A DNA stretch of 60,939 bases, filler included, from Sphacelaria rigidula (GCA_964200075.2; 5 parts of 5 records of this genome joined end to end with filler, not necessarily neighbours in it); one strand, 5' to 3'; counted from the first letter of the whole stretch, positions 1 through 12,262 are shown. Notes: generated by a model from the letters alone, not told the origin. Numbers and translations: made by a program.

Positions 1-628
1 CACAATCCCGGGGAGCGGTTGATTCTCATTTCAAAATACGTTCTCATTTTTCTGGCAACCCTGATTAATGCGTTGAACAAGTGTAGGGTATCAACCCACC
101 GTGATTCCAAAGAATCGTATTTCGGTGTTTGCTTGCTGAGGGATTATATATCCAACAACTAACTCTTCCAAACGTAAACGCCTGGCTCGCAACCTGGGTC
201 ACGCCAAAACGTTTCAAGTTAACGTGACTCAGATCCCATCAACATAAACCTTCGGCGCTAAATATCCGTTTGTGGAGTCGTCTTGGTACCAGCAAAATGT
301 GATGAGACACGGTCTCATACGGCGTCGAGTCTTCTTATGTTCACTTATTAATCCATGAATCACGGGCGGAGTTTTGGGCAAGTATTATATTTCCCTGCAC
401 CCACCTATATACTTGTTTTTCCCCCACACGACAAAAAAGCGCCCACCCGTCGATCGAAACTCGCCTCACCACCCTAGTTAGACCAGACATCGATGAGTAC
501 GTACACGTCATGTAGCGATTCCCTTCTTATCATCCCCAGCAAGTCTCCACAGCTAACTTTTTTGTGGACTACCCTGCTGCCCGCCTAGTACCATTCTAGG
601 CGGCTGCGGACTGCCCACTGCAGTGCTC

Positions 629-833
629 CAAGGATAGGTCGAGTAGAGTATACTCAATCGCGGGGTATTTTGAAAGTCGTACTTAAAGTACACAAATTAG
701 AGGTAGAATTTCAACAATCGCTTCCCAGCTATTTGTTGGGTACGACTCCCAACACGCTTCCCTAACTTGAGTACCCCAAGTACGTCTTCTAAAATACCCC
801 GCAATTGAGTATACTCTACTCGACCTGCCCTTG
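629..833. mobile_element. MITE, P-element-like (CAAGG termini, 8-bp TSD)
   Basis: ~55-nt terminal inverted repeats CAAGGATAGGTCGAGTAGAGTATACTCAAT... / ...ATTGAGTATACTCTACTCGACCTGCCCTTG, with an exact direct repeat CAGTGCTC at 621-628 and 834-841. CANRG termini plus an 8-bp TSD match the P superfamily; hAT is not excluded. Confidence 0.8.
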
Positions 834-3160
834 CAGTGCTCTAAAAACACATGTCAATCTGTGTATACCATGCGCCGTCCCTTTTCCCGTTGTTGTTGTT
901 GCTGTTGCTGTCTCCACATTAAATACTCATTATTCTGATTTCTTTGCATGGTTATATCCGTGTACCCCTACTAGGCGGGGGCGTCTGAATTGCCGGGTTT
1001 ATCATGGCCATGCCCTTTCCCCACACATACCTACATATATATATATATATATATAATATGGGGCCTCGATTCCACGACACACGTACGTGTTACGTAAATA
1101 AATACTCAAGTCCAAGACAACATCAAGTCATCCCCATATCTCTACTGCGCCGGAATATGTCATGACGGCTTTTCCCCGGCCAGACATCCCTTCGCCATAC
1201 GCAGACACTCGAGGAGCAGGTACGACAAAAAAATGGCTTGAGCTCATACCGTACTCGTACATCTCGCCATCTCTCCGAAATCGGCCCACTGCAGGTCTGA
1301 GAAGGCCGTGTTTGAGGTGACGTGACTGCAGGTGTAATAGGCGGGCCCCGAAACACAGTTCCTTGAGTACTCCGTGAACATGGCACTCGCAATGAAAAAT
1401 GCAGGGGTCGGTGGTGTGGCTGTGGCCCCACATCAAAGGCGGGACAGCCTTGTGCTACATCCGTGGAGCATGCCACCATCCGCCGTTGTGTTGGGGCAAA
1501 ACCAACAGGAGGAGAAGCCGCTAGAGGAGTGGTATCAGGTGTGTTCGATCAGGGTATTATCGCCTGTACAGTACCATGCATCCAATATCCTATCCGTTGT
1601 GATGGATTGTGCGGTGTATAACACCCCCGGATCATGAGTTTCTAAACCTCATTTTCTCCAGGAGTAAATATCTATTCTTCACAAAAGTTCGATTCATCCT
1701 GATGTCTCAGCAACATCTTGCTTACCACATAGCTTTTGGCGGTGAGCTCAGCGTTACTGTCCAGAAAATCAACTTTGCACAATTTCCGTCACTATTATAG
1801 TCCTCCGTGACCCTCTGCTCCTGCAAGACAGGAGGGCTCACACAGTCTGTTATGTGCCGTTGCTACACAAGACAAAGAAGTACAGGCGATCGAGTAGAGC
1901 AGTTGCGTATATATATTATGTTGCCCACATCTGCGTCTATAGATTGGATGAGTTTGTGGCCGGCAGTCTGGAATGTGTCTTTATTGCTCTCGGTCAAAAT
2001 ATTGGCAAGGCTCCAGGCTGACCCAAATACACCGTAATGTGCCAGGTGTCACTGCAAAAAGCGGACACAGGAATCATGACCAGAACAATGTTTAAGCCAC
2101 CGCCGACGGCGGCAACAGCCAGCAACTGCTCATTCCATGACAACGGCATGTGCACTTGATGAGTATCTCCGCACCGTACCCTGAAGTGATTCATCCAATT
2201 CTTGCGTTGGTACGGTACTGGGGCATTCTAGGCGACACCTGTGCACAAAACATGCATCAGTTTATGTACAATCATTTGTCTGTGCACACCGCATTAGTTT
2301 CGCTGGGTCCCCTCAGAGGACCGCCTTGGCAATGGCCAATCAGGGGGGAATACGTTGCTGCCATCTTTTGCTAACCCCGTATTTTGGTCTAACATCGCGG
2401 CTGGGGTAGAATGCTGGGGAAAGATCGGGACAGTGCCTGAGGCTAAGAATCGGTGACGTTCCTACCTTGTTCCTACCGCAATGCATGTGTAATAACCGCC
2501 ACTCTGTACCCTGCTACAGCAGTACAGACGGTCAGAAGAGTACTCAGTACCGTAGTGCTGCAGCATTTACGCTTGTATTTTTGTCCGACATATGTTCTCA
2601 AATTCTTGGGTTGTTCCTCATTTTGTTCGGGTGTTTCTCAATTTCCTTCTCTCATTTTTTGTGACAAGCGAAGAACCTCGAAAAGCCCGTACGGTCTGTA
2701 TGGTAGTCTACGGACTCTTTGTACCACTGAAATGATCCTCCGTCTCCGCACAGGCCCGTGAAGGTGAACGACATAAATTTGAAAAACGCGTTTGTGTTGA
2801 AACCTTCTTTGACTAGACAGTACCGTCTATCCGTCGAGGGACTGATGGGATTGTCACACACACCGTGAGTGTCCCGCCGTACGCACGCGTGAGGTTCCAA
2901 ATTGACAGCGAGGCGCATACAAAATGACCACTCAATCGCAATCGTTCATGTATAATCGTCTACATATTCCAACTTCAACTTCACAAAGCACGGATCGTTC
3001 TGCTCGTGAACCGAAACAATGATGTCACCAGGCTCTTGCCAGCCCGGTGTTTTCCACACTTTGATATGATACGATACCAGATTATTATTATTATTAATTA
3101 TTCGCAATTTATTGTTGAAGAACGATAGGCGCATGACCATGACGCCTGTTGGAAAATTAG

Positions 3161-3843
3161 CACGAGCTGGGCCAGCCAACAATGGGTGGTTTATTCGCTC
3201 AGGTGACGCACGGCGCGGTATCAGGAGTTGGACGCTGAAATTTTGACAGCAGCTGTTTATCATCGACATGTAGAACACCACGTGAGCAGCAAGGGGAAAA
3301 ACAAGAAAGCAGGAAGATTTAGGGATTTGAAATTTAAGCAAAAATAAGATCATGTCTCAAGTTCAGGAAACAAATGAGAATCTGCAGCTGCTCACGGGAC
3401 GTATCATTTCCTTGGGTGCAGAAAGTCTTCGTGAAATGTTAGCTCGAAAGTCGTCGAATTGGGTCGTGCGTAAAACGTTTTGCGTGACGCTGCTTCACCC
3501 TACCAGTACCCAGTGCGGGGTGACTGCTGACGTTAACCCACCGCTTTGAAAAAATAAAACACTCCGACACGCTGTCGCCCAACAAAATGAGGCGCACCCC
3601 GTACTCTGTCCAGTACAATGCCGTCATCGGCAATACCACGCCAATCAAACAGCGACGCAGTCCTTTGTCATCAGTTGGATCTGCAGTTCACAGTGAGATG
3701 CTTACATCGGGTTTATTCGGGAAACTCGGAAAGCTGTGGTGTGAGCAACTTCTGTTAAATCGGCATCAATTTCAAGTGAAAAAAGTATGCATGATCCAGA
3801 GAGACTAATCTCGCGGTCTAAGGGTTAAGTTGGCCCAGCTCGT
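3161..3843. mobile_element. Non-autonomous TIR element, CACGAGCTGGGCC family (copy C)
   Basis: Starts CACGAGCTGGGCCAGCC (3161) and ends TGGCCCAGCTCGT (~3843). These are the same termini as copies A and B, but the interior is different. Confidence 0.5.
3749..3828. mobile_element. Truncated piggyBac-like MITE
   Basis: Matches the right ~75 nt of the elements at 34710 and 35238, ending CTCGCGGTCTAAGGG-TTAA. The left TIR is absent. Confidence 0.7.
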
Positions 3844-4219
3844 TCGTGAGATGCGTGCGAATGGATCTCGAAATGTCCTTCACCATTTTATGCGAGCCCT
3901 TCTTGATTGCCTTCCAGTCCTGTGCTGTGCTGTATGGCACGGTACGATACGGTACTATGGTGCACTTTCGTTTTGTCGTGTACGTTGTTTTAGACGGTCC
4001 TCCAGCTCCACGTGTCACTCCCCCCAACATACATTCCTCCGCATCACCGCTTCATCTGCCCCGCATATATTTTCACGGGGTCCATGGCCACACGGAGCAA
4101 GCTCCCACGTGATGTTTCGATCTTTCGACTGAGTTCACGCCCAAATCTGATACATTTTTTTACCATAGTAGGGCTTTCGTTCTTTCTGCTCCCAATCGAC
4201 GGTGTTCACCCCGAAAATA

Positions 4220-6353
4220 TACGAGCTGGACCAGCCGAGAAGCGATTCTGTAGTTTGCAGGCCCATGATACGGCCAATATTTAGAGTTGGACCCTGAATT
4301 TTGGTATGGACAATGAGTAGGGCATAATAAAAAAATTACCAGTGCACACAAAAGTTTTTTTTTTCCCATGAGTTGGGGGCATTTTACCGATATCTAAAAA
4401 CTGATTATTGCCCTTAACTCATGAAGGAAAAAAACTTGTGTGCACTGGTAATTTTTTTATTATGCCCCATTTATTCATTGCCCATACCAAATTTCAGGGT
4501 CTAACTCTAAGTATTGGCCGTATAATGGGCTGTTTAGTGACGGGGTCAGAAGACATTCGGAACATTATTTTGCAAGCCACTTACCGGCCCACGTTTGGTG
4601 TTTGTGTATTGAAACTTTGTGTGGGCCGTGGCTAGGGCATATTTGACGAAACAAAGTGGGCCAGGTTGATTTTTTATTAATTTTTCACTGGTTTAGGGCG
4701 TTTTAGTTTGGGAACCGCCAGTGTTTCACGAGATCGCCCGAACCTCTCCCCCCCCAAAAAACTGAAGGCCCATTTTTTTTAATTCAGCATACCTCTGTGG
4801 TTCTTTATCCTGAGTTTCAAATTACAATTCTACAAATTGAGCTAAAAAATTGGGAGAAGGCCCAAAAGCAGTGTACATTTCTCCTCAAAACTGCCCCAGA
4901 AACCAAGGGCGCCCAGGAAAAAATTTCCTGGACCCACACTCGCATTTTTGAATTTGGGGCTAATTGAGGGGGGGGGGAGCAATTTGTTCTATGGTATGGG
5001 ATTTAGACTGGGCACACTAAAACGTATATTGATTTTACACTATGTACTATTTAGTATGCCTATTCTACACCCTATATAGTCTATATCTGTTTTGTATGGG
5101 TTTCAGACCATGCACACTCAAGGCTTTACATTGGGCACGTAAATAGGTCTGCCGCTCCATACCAAAACAAACGCGGTCACCACGGAAGCGAACCCGGCAA
5201 GTACACATGAAGTAGTAGCGACACAGCCAGGGAAACCCTCCTCAAGAAGAGTACATACATAGGTTAAGTATGCCTTGTCTATGTATGGTCAATACACTTC
5301 AATGTGTAACCGAACTTGTACAGTCTACAAAGTAGCCAGTGTCGAGAGTCTGCAGATGTGTACGCGATGGCGGTCACTACATGTATAGGTTCGAGAGTAC
5401 CGCGCGCGGTGATCTTGATGGTCTTCTTCCATCTGCGGAGAGGCGTGTCTTCAAGGAAGACGAGCCGACCACACATCCCTACCGTACGTGGCCCAAGAAC
5501 GGGGGGCCGTAACAGATTGTCTTTTTCAACAGTCAACTTTTGCCGACTGCATACATACTTCACGTACACTTGCGATTCGTCTACGCATCGTCTACAAAAG
5601 TTACTGTGGAGTCGTTGCTGGCACTGGTTTGCCAAAAAAAGAATCGGAAACAACAAAAACCTCCGTCTATACCATTCCGGGAACGTCTTGCTGAGCTCTG
5701 GCGCCCCAAAGGCACAGAAATAAGTGTTCAGTTTGAGCAAAAAGTTTTTGAAATCAGGAGGTGCTGGGGGGGGTGGGGGTAGTGTGGGTCCAGATTTTTT
5801 TTTCTGAGCGCCCTTGCAAAAACCCGAAAAAAATGAAGAAAAAAAAACGAAAAAAATGAAGAAGCTGTGTTCACCAGCTCTATTATGCACTAGCGGTTCT
5901 CCACACGAAATTTTATAGCGTTACTCTCGAAAACTGAGACGCGATATCCAGCTTTAGCTAATCTAGGGCATCTGCTCGTAATATAGTGATTTTATTATCG
6001 AAACTTATGTGCGCCATATCTCGAGATGGATAACGAATAAGGTGAAGGTGAGGGTATCTATCGTCTCCCCGTGCTTCAGGGAATGTCCACCCCAAAATTC
6101 CTTGTCATCCGCTGAAGCATCCATCGGGGGTTTCATACATATTTTAGCATGGACGCCATCTTCGTTAGGTATAGGAATTACTAGACATGGAGTTGAATCA
6201 ACGAGAAGATATGGGCCCAAAATTTTGAGCAGATGGGCACCTTCCCCTTGGTTAGACGATTAATACAATACGCGGATCATGGCCCCACTCGTCCGTGTCG
6301 ACGAGATATTGCTTTGATAGCTTAAATCCGTGTCTGGGCTGGCCCAGCTAGTA
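4220..6353. mobile_element. Non-autonomous TIR element, CACGAGCTGGGCC family (copy A, with nested insertion)
   Basis: Termini ACGAGCTGGACCAGCC / GGCTGGCCCAGCTAGT. Segments 4240-4900 and 5860-6350 align colinearly with 6860-8070. Internal hairpin at 4261-4530. Confidence 0.75.
4904..5816. mobile_element. Nested P-like element (CAAGGG termini)
   Basis: TIRs CAAGGGCGCCCAGGAAAAAA..TGGACCCACACT / AGTGTGGGTCCAGATTTTTTTTTCTGAGCGCCCTTG. Flanks CAGAAAC/CAAAAAC (7 bp, 1 mismatch). Absent from the homologous position in copy B (~7550). Confidence 0.7.
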
Positions 6354-6595
6354 GCTGAGCGAAGTCTGCATGGCCTAGCTGTCTGAAGGCGTTCGCCACG
6401 ATCACCCATGCACGAAAGGAGTTTGGCCGGTGTGTACCATACGAGTGTACTGGCCCTGCAGGTCCGCTCTGGTCCAAGAAGAGAAGACGTGAAAAAAGTG
6501 CACACCAACTCACAAAACACATCATATAGACGACAACACCAACCGCCGTATTACCCTCCCCTGTGCCCTAGTATTGAAAAGTATGATGCATAGCC

Positions 6596-6826
6596 GGTCG
6601 CCCCGGTTGCCCAGTTGGTAACCTCGAACCTTCAGACGGTCGGGACGTGGGTTCGAATCTCGGTGGATTCACACGATCTGGGATTTTTTCTTGGGTTATG
6701 CCCAATAGCGGAGAGCGACGATGTCGTGGGCACACAAACATCGACTTCACAGTCCGCGAAGGTAAAGGACTGCCAACCCGTATCGTAACGAAAAGGAGGT
6801 AAGCACCGTAAAAGGAAGGTGGGGTT
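6596..6826 (+). mobile_element. tRNA-derived SINE, 5' part
   Basis: Pol III A-box-like TTGCCCAGTTGG and B-box GGTTCGAATC. The body (GAGCGACGATGTCGTGGG...GCACCGTAAAAGGAAGGTGG) matches 44283-44385. Confidence 0.7.
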
Positions 6827-6844
6827 CTAAAACCAAATAACACT

Positions 6845-8070
6845 CACCAGTTGGGCCAGCCAAGAAGTGGATTTGTAGTTTGCAGGCCTATTACGCAGCC
6901 AATATTTAGAGTGAGACCCTGAAATTCGGTATGGACAATGAAGAGGGCATAATAGAAACAAAAAGCAGTACACATTTTTTTTTTCATGACTTAGGGGCAT
7001 TGATTGCATTAATACCTAAAAAAACAAATACCAGTGCACACAAGTTCTTTTTTCATGAGTTGAGGGCATGGCACTGAGAAGATATCAGTGCCTCATGAGA
7101 ACAAAAGCTTGTGTACACTGGTATTTGTTTTTTTATTATGCCCTATTCATTTTTCATACCGAATATCAGGGTCTAACTCCGAATATTGGCCGGTTAATGA
7201 GCCGTTTGACGACGGAGTCTGTAGAAATTCGAAACAGTATTTCGCAGGCCACTCACCTGCCCACTTTGGTTTTGGTGTTTTGAAATTCGGTGGAGGCCCT
7301 CGCTAGGGCATAGTTGACAGAACGAAGTGGATCAGGTGGATTATTTTTCCTCACTGGCTTAGGGCGTTTTAGTACGGAAACGACCATTTTTCTACGAGAA
7401 CGCCCGAACCTCTCCAAAAAAAATAGGGAGGGCCCATTTTTTCACTATTCAGCATACCTCTGTGGTTCTTTGTGCTGAGTTTCAAATCACAATTCGAAGA
7501 ATTCAAATAAGGCCCAAGAGCAGTGTTCATTTCTCCTCAAAACTGCCCTAAAAATAGAAGAGGAAAAAATATGGGAAAACTGTTCATTTTCGCTGTACTG
7601 TGCACCATCGATTCTCTATACGAAATTTCATATCGTAGCTCTCGAAAACTGAGACGCGATATCCAGATTTGGTTAATTTAGTGGATCTGCTCGTAATATA
7701 CTGATTTTAGTATAGAAAATCAAGTGCGCCATGTCTCGAGATAGATGACGAATTAGGTGAAGGTGAGGGTATCTATCGTCTCCCCGTGCTCCGGGGAATG
7801 TCCACACCAAAAATCGTCGTCACCTGCTGTATGTATCAATCGGGGGTTTCATATAGATTTCAGTGAAGGCGCTATCTCCGTTAGGTATAGGAATGACTAG
7901 ACATGGGGTTTAATAACCGACAAAATAATGGCCCAGACTTTTGAGCAGATGGGCACCTTTCCCTTGATTTGACGATTAATACGATATGAGGGTCATGGCC
8001 CAACTCGTATATGCCGATGAGATGTTGCTTTCAGAGCGTAAATCCGTTTCTAGGGCTGGCCCAGCTCGTG
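6845..8070. mobile_element. Non-autonomous TIR element, CACGAGCTGGGCC family (copy B)
   Basis: Termini CACCAGTTGGGCCAGCC / GGCTGGCCCAGCTCGTG. Colinear with copy A. Internal hairpin at ~6898-7192. Confidence 0.75.
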
Positions 8071-8846
8071 AAAAACTCCTGTCTTGAATTTCCTTCTGTC
8101 TCGGCTGATACGCCCCTATATGCCGAGAACTGTAGACTGGCGTTCACAAAATATGAGATGATAGCATAACACACACATGTGGTGTGTTACCGGGACAAAT
8201 TCCCATTAGGAAGAATTGAAGTCAAATACGAGACGCGGAGTGCTGCCAAGCCGCCTCTGATATTGTGTTCCGTATCGTTCTGCAAGAACGCGAAACATGG
8301 AATCCTGTGCTCGGTAAGTTTTTTGTGAAGTTAGGGCGCCTGTGTGCCGCTGGTGGACTAAACAGACCTTCTAGACACAGCACGCTTTACTTCTCAAGAA
8401 CTGACAGCCGCCAATATGCTGCCTGAATGCATGGTCGATGATGGTGTTCTGCGCTCCTATCGACTTGCTGGCCTGGATAATCAAGCAGCATGGCGCCACA
8501 GGGACACCCGTGCTTCCTACATTTTCGGCGAGCCGAAAAATAAAACAGCCCGCTTCAACAATCAAAGCCCCAAAGGGCCTTTTCGTCCTATTGCGATTCG
8601 CTCAGAGATCGTAGGCGACATGGCCGGCACTCGTGCAAATATGTCGCTGTTCACCCAGAGCCAGTTGTTATAGTAAACTCATGGCGGACAGACGATCTGT
8701 TTAGACGGTGACGAGGGTGTTTTCGCACTTGTCAGCGTCTTCGGGGTGAAGCACGTAGCAAAATCGTCCGAGCAGGGGTGTATTTGTCAGAGGCTGAGCG
8801 TGTTCTCATCTCGAACATTTGCGGAGTAGCAAATTTTGAAGCTTGC

Positions 8847-9023
8847 GACACTTTCTGTCAGGCCGCATAAAGCGCCCTATATTGGCGACACGGGCTAGAA
8901 CAAACCCAAGCGTGGGAATTCCCAGCTGCTCGTTGTGTTCGGCTTTTCCCATCTCGATTTACGTGAAGATTTTGCCCACCAACATCATGCATTTTTTGCG
9001 GGGGGGCTATCGTAAAAAGTGTC
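8847..9023. mobile_element. MITE, GACACTTTCTACGATAGCC family (internally deleted copy)
   Basis: Termini GACACTTTCT / GGGGGCTATCGTAAAAAGTGTC, core CCCAAGCGTGGGAATTCCCAGCTGCTCGTTGTG, 4-bp TSD TTGC. Confidence 0.75.
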
Positions 9024-9174
9024 TTGCGTATTCGATTTTTTTGTTCGTGCAGTGCAGAACGTAACAACCAGCTGTATTTCTGCCATAAACTGCCGGTCAC
9101 AGTATTGGCACATGTTGTACTGATGGAGGTTCGTCTGTGCATTTTCTCATGGCCCCCGCGGTCTCTGTTCGCAG

Positions 9175-9270
9175 CCGCTGTGGCACCCATGCAAGAGCCC
9201 GACTATTATGGCATACAGCATGTTCTGCTGCTGTTGTGCTATGGGGGATATCGGTTGCTACACACGCAAG
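9175..9270 (+). CDS. PLAC8-family protein, internal exon (first half of the domain)
   Basis: CAG acceptor at 9172-9174, GTGAG donor at 9271, phase 0/0. Encodes PLWHPCKSPTIMAYSMFCCCCAMGDIGCYTRK, resembling the PLAC8 N-terminal L-x-x-C...F-C-x-C...G motif. Confidence 0.7.
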
Positions 9271-9931
9271 GTGAGGCTAACCTTCATCATGGGTTTAGTG
9301 GCTCAGGAGCAAATCCACAATACCGGAATATGTAGATACCGTAAAACGACCAGAGTTCACCGATGGACATGGACGCTTTCACGCCAGCTCCCACAGCGAT
9401 GCCCAAGTGTTTTTCCGCGTACATTAAAGAGTGTCACTGTTGTGCTGCACTATGCCCATGCAGCGATTGGTGTGCCTACTATTGCTGCCACTTTAGTCGA
9501 CGTTTGAACTCCGCCCTGTTTTGTTGAAATTCTCCGCAAGGGACACCGTAGTCTCGTGTTGCCACCCAAGTACCCGAGACAAGACTGAACTGGCTTGTGC
9601 ACCCGAAGGTAGTGGGGTAACGTTCAATCCTTTCGGGTGAACACAGTAGAAAGTTCATGTATGCTCTCGCCGAGGGCGCGTACTCCGACGTCGATGATGC
9701 CTCGTCTCGCAGTCGCGTCGTTGATGTTGGATCGCCGTAGCCCTCCGTGCCCTAGGTGCCCCATACGCAAATATATGTTGCCCTTTTTGTTGACGGGCAC
9801 GTAGAGGCCGTAGCAGCCGTGCCCTGTCGCTGTCCCTGGCACCCATCAAAACTGCGTCATTTCCCGTAGTAAGCCGGAGCTGCACTTCCCGTTTACCTCG
9901 CCCGCTGTACACTGCGCGTTGCAAAACACAG

Positions 9932-10912
9932 AGGTTCCTGTGCTATATCCCCTACTGCCTTTGTGCGTGGTGCCCGTGCTGCCTGGGCCTCGCTCGCGAG
10001 GTGATCGCGGAGAACCTCAATTTGCCCGTGTCTGAGGTGGAACCATCAGACTGGACCTGGTGCATCGCCAAGCTGATAGGTATGCGGGTGTTGTGTTTCT
10101 TCACCGTGTGTCTGTTCCCGTGCATCCACGTGACGCAAATGCGGGCGGAGCTGGCCTACCGGAGGCATGGGGATGGCACTCTTTGCCCGTGTTGCTGCTT
10201 AGAATGTGGAGATCAGAAGGACGTCACGCTGCCAGGCGGCCCGAAGCCTCCGCCAAGGGCAGATGGGCAACCTGAGTCACCAGGTTACCCCCGGCAGATA
10301 ATCCCCGGTGCAAACACTACAACTACCGAGGGTGCCAAACCTTCAGGGAGTAACAAGTTCGCAGATACCGTTGTGAGTGGACCCCGGCCTGTGCAATCGC
10401 AGCCTGGTGCCCTTGCATCACACGCCCGAGCCCTCACATCGCACGCCATGTACTCACAGCAGCAGTCTCGCGTTCCTGCACTACAGGGGATGTTCCAGCA
10501 GTCCCGGTCTCTATCTTCTCCAAATCTCGGCATGTTTGGGCAGGGCGGTGTAGGCGCAGAGGCCCTAGCAGCACATTCAATGTTCTCCTCCAGCCCTGGG
10601 ATGCACTCGGCGCAGCACACAATGTTTGGATCACAACACGGTGCAATGGGCCATCAATACAATTACTACACCCCGCAGACTGCTCAACATGGAGCACAAA
10701 TGGGTCAATACGGTGTACAACCTGGTCACTTTGGAGCACAAGCAGGTCTCTTCGGCTCTCAAACGAGTCAGTATGAGACGCAAGGCGGTCAATACGGTAT
10801 GTACCAGCAGCCCTATGGCGCTCAGACTATCCAAGCTGGCTATCCGGATCAGTCAGCCATGTACGGTCCGCAGCCTTCTTACGGGGTCCAGCAGCAGATG
10901 ATGCAACGCTGA
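9932..10912 (+). CDS. PLAC8-family (Cys-rich) protein, terminal exon with G/Q/Y-rich tail
   Basis: CAG acceptor at 9929-9931, phase 0, open to TGA at 10912. RFLCYIPYCLCAWCPCCLGLAREVIAENLNL...CLFPCIHVTQMRAEL matches the PLAC8 second half (R..I....nl; C..C...Q...E). Confidence 0.8.
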   Translation, partial: RFLCYIPYCLCAWCPCCLGLAREVIAENLNLPVSEVEPSDWTWCIAKLIGMRVLCFFTVCLFPCIHVTQMRAELAYRRHGDGTLCPCCCLECGDQKDVTLPGGPKPPPRADGQPESPGYPRQIIPGANTTTTEGAKPSGSNKFADTVVSGPRPVQSQPGALASHARALTSHAMYSQQQSRVPALQGMFQQSRSLSSPNLGMFGQGGVGAEALAAHSMFSSSPGMHSAQHTMFGSQHGAMGHQYNYYTPQTAQHGAQMGQYGVQPGHFGAQAGLFGSQTSQYETQGGQYGMYQQPYGAQTIQAGYPDQSAMYGPQPSYGVQQQMMQR

Positions 10913-12110
10913 GTGCTTGAGATGACAGTGCTTTTGATCTTCGCCTGTACTTGCTCTCGCATTTCGCCATGAGCATCGCATTGCTTGACCGTGTGGTGCA
11001 GCGAGTTATTTCTTGTTCATGAATGGCGAAGTCTGTCTGGTGATGAAGTAAGCATGGTCCATTTTAACGAGAAGGACTATTTTTTTTTGCTTGTATACAG
11101 CAAGTATTTTTTTCTCGTTGCAGTGTGCATTGTATCTATCCAGACGGTCGAGTTTAGTTTTATTTCGTGCTTGCGCGGCACATTTCGTGACTGCCGTGGT
11201 TTGATGAGTGTCACCACCCGCTCGAGCGCCGTGCGATTGGCCTTCACTTCTTTGTATAGGACATCAATTGCTCTCATGGTGCGGTAAAATGTACCATGTT
11301 CCAGCCAGAGGGACAACTGGTTAGGTTAACCTGCAGACGTATGAGGTTAATCTGCCGGCACAACGTCTGAGGTTCCTTAGTTGATTGTTCCGTTCTGTGC
11401 TAAATCGATAAGCTTCACTCATCGATGAGGTGTTGTGATCGTTTCATTGCAGACGTGGTCGACCGTTTCTAACGTTGGCTCGTTTCGTTTTCGTATTGAG
11501 TTGAGCATGTAGCAGTAACGCGATGGTCGCCACGGGTGGCCTCACAAGTGGCAAAATCGGAAGACTCTTCCCGCATGTAGGTCAACCTATCGGAGAGGGG
11601 ACACTGCGTTATTTATTGTTTACAAAGTGCCGCCTGTAGTGTGAGAAAGAAGACCCCCAGTAGGGGCGACGATAGTTTGATCTGGCGTATACATGAGCGT
11701 ATTCCACTTCTACCTTGAAGATCACTAGCTGTGAGCTGATTGATGTCTTCGTGTTTTGTGAGTTGTGACTTTTGTTTTTTCCTCTCGTGGTTCATGGGGC
11801 TGGAAGGAAGTAAGGGTACATGCCAAAATGCACCAGATGCAATACATTGAGTTGGAACACACCAGCGTTAGTCTACTATCTTACCCCTTCTCATAGTGAT
11901 CCTTCCCAACACCTATTTTTCGTTTCCGTGTGATGGAGGGAGGTAAAAATGATCGCGGTGTACCTGAATTTATCAGCTTTGCTTCTCACCGTATGGGCTG
12001 ATGCGTCAAATCTTCAAGCTTGGTGTTTTCCCAGTGTCCTGCTGTGTCTGTGTGTGGGTGATTCCAGTATGTCGTACTTTGAGGTACAATATTTGATCAG
12101 TGCTCTTGCG

Positions 12111-12210
12111 NNNNNNNNNNNNNNNNNNNNNNNNNNNNNNNNNNNNNNNNNNNNTTAATTAATTAANNNNNNNNNNNNNNNNNNNNNNNNNNNNNNNNNN
12201 NNNNNNNNNN
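12111..12210. other. Artificial contig linker (N44-TTAATTAATTAA-N44)
   Basis: Exactly 100 nt with stop codons in all six frames; occurs four times. Confidence 0.98.
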
Positions 12211-12262
12211 GAAAGGTGTAGACTGGTGCCCAGAATAAATGGGACGACAACACACACACAAC
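12211..12262 (+). mobile_element. SINE 3' end with (CA)n tail at contig edge
   Basis: GGTGTAGACTGGTGCCCAGAATAAATGGGACGACAACACACAC matches 44470-44543 and the reverse complement of 24200-24305. Confidence 0.7.

Noticed and set aside
1100..3100. Coding-like minus-strand fragments, including GMSGRGK (P-loop-like)
   Set aside because: Stop-ridden with no confirming motifs or clean splice sites. It is probably an old transposon relic that I cannot classify without a translated search.
5279..5890. 203-aa ORF
   Set aside because: It crosses the boundary of a nested element and has no recognisable domain.
6596..6670. tRNA gene
   Set aside because: It has A/B boxes but no proper cloverleaf, and it continues into a SINE body.
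8215..8313. Possible upstream exon of the PLAC8 gene (GTAAG donor at 8314)
   Set aside because: The phase would fit, but the acceptor or start and any homology are unsupported.
12155..12166. Palindromic TTAATTAATTAA recurring every ~12.2 kb
   Set aside because: It is a synthetic six-frame-stop linker embedded in Ns.
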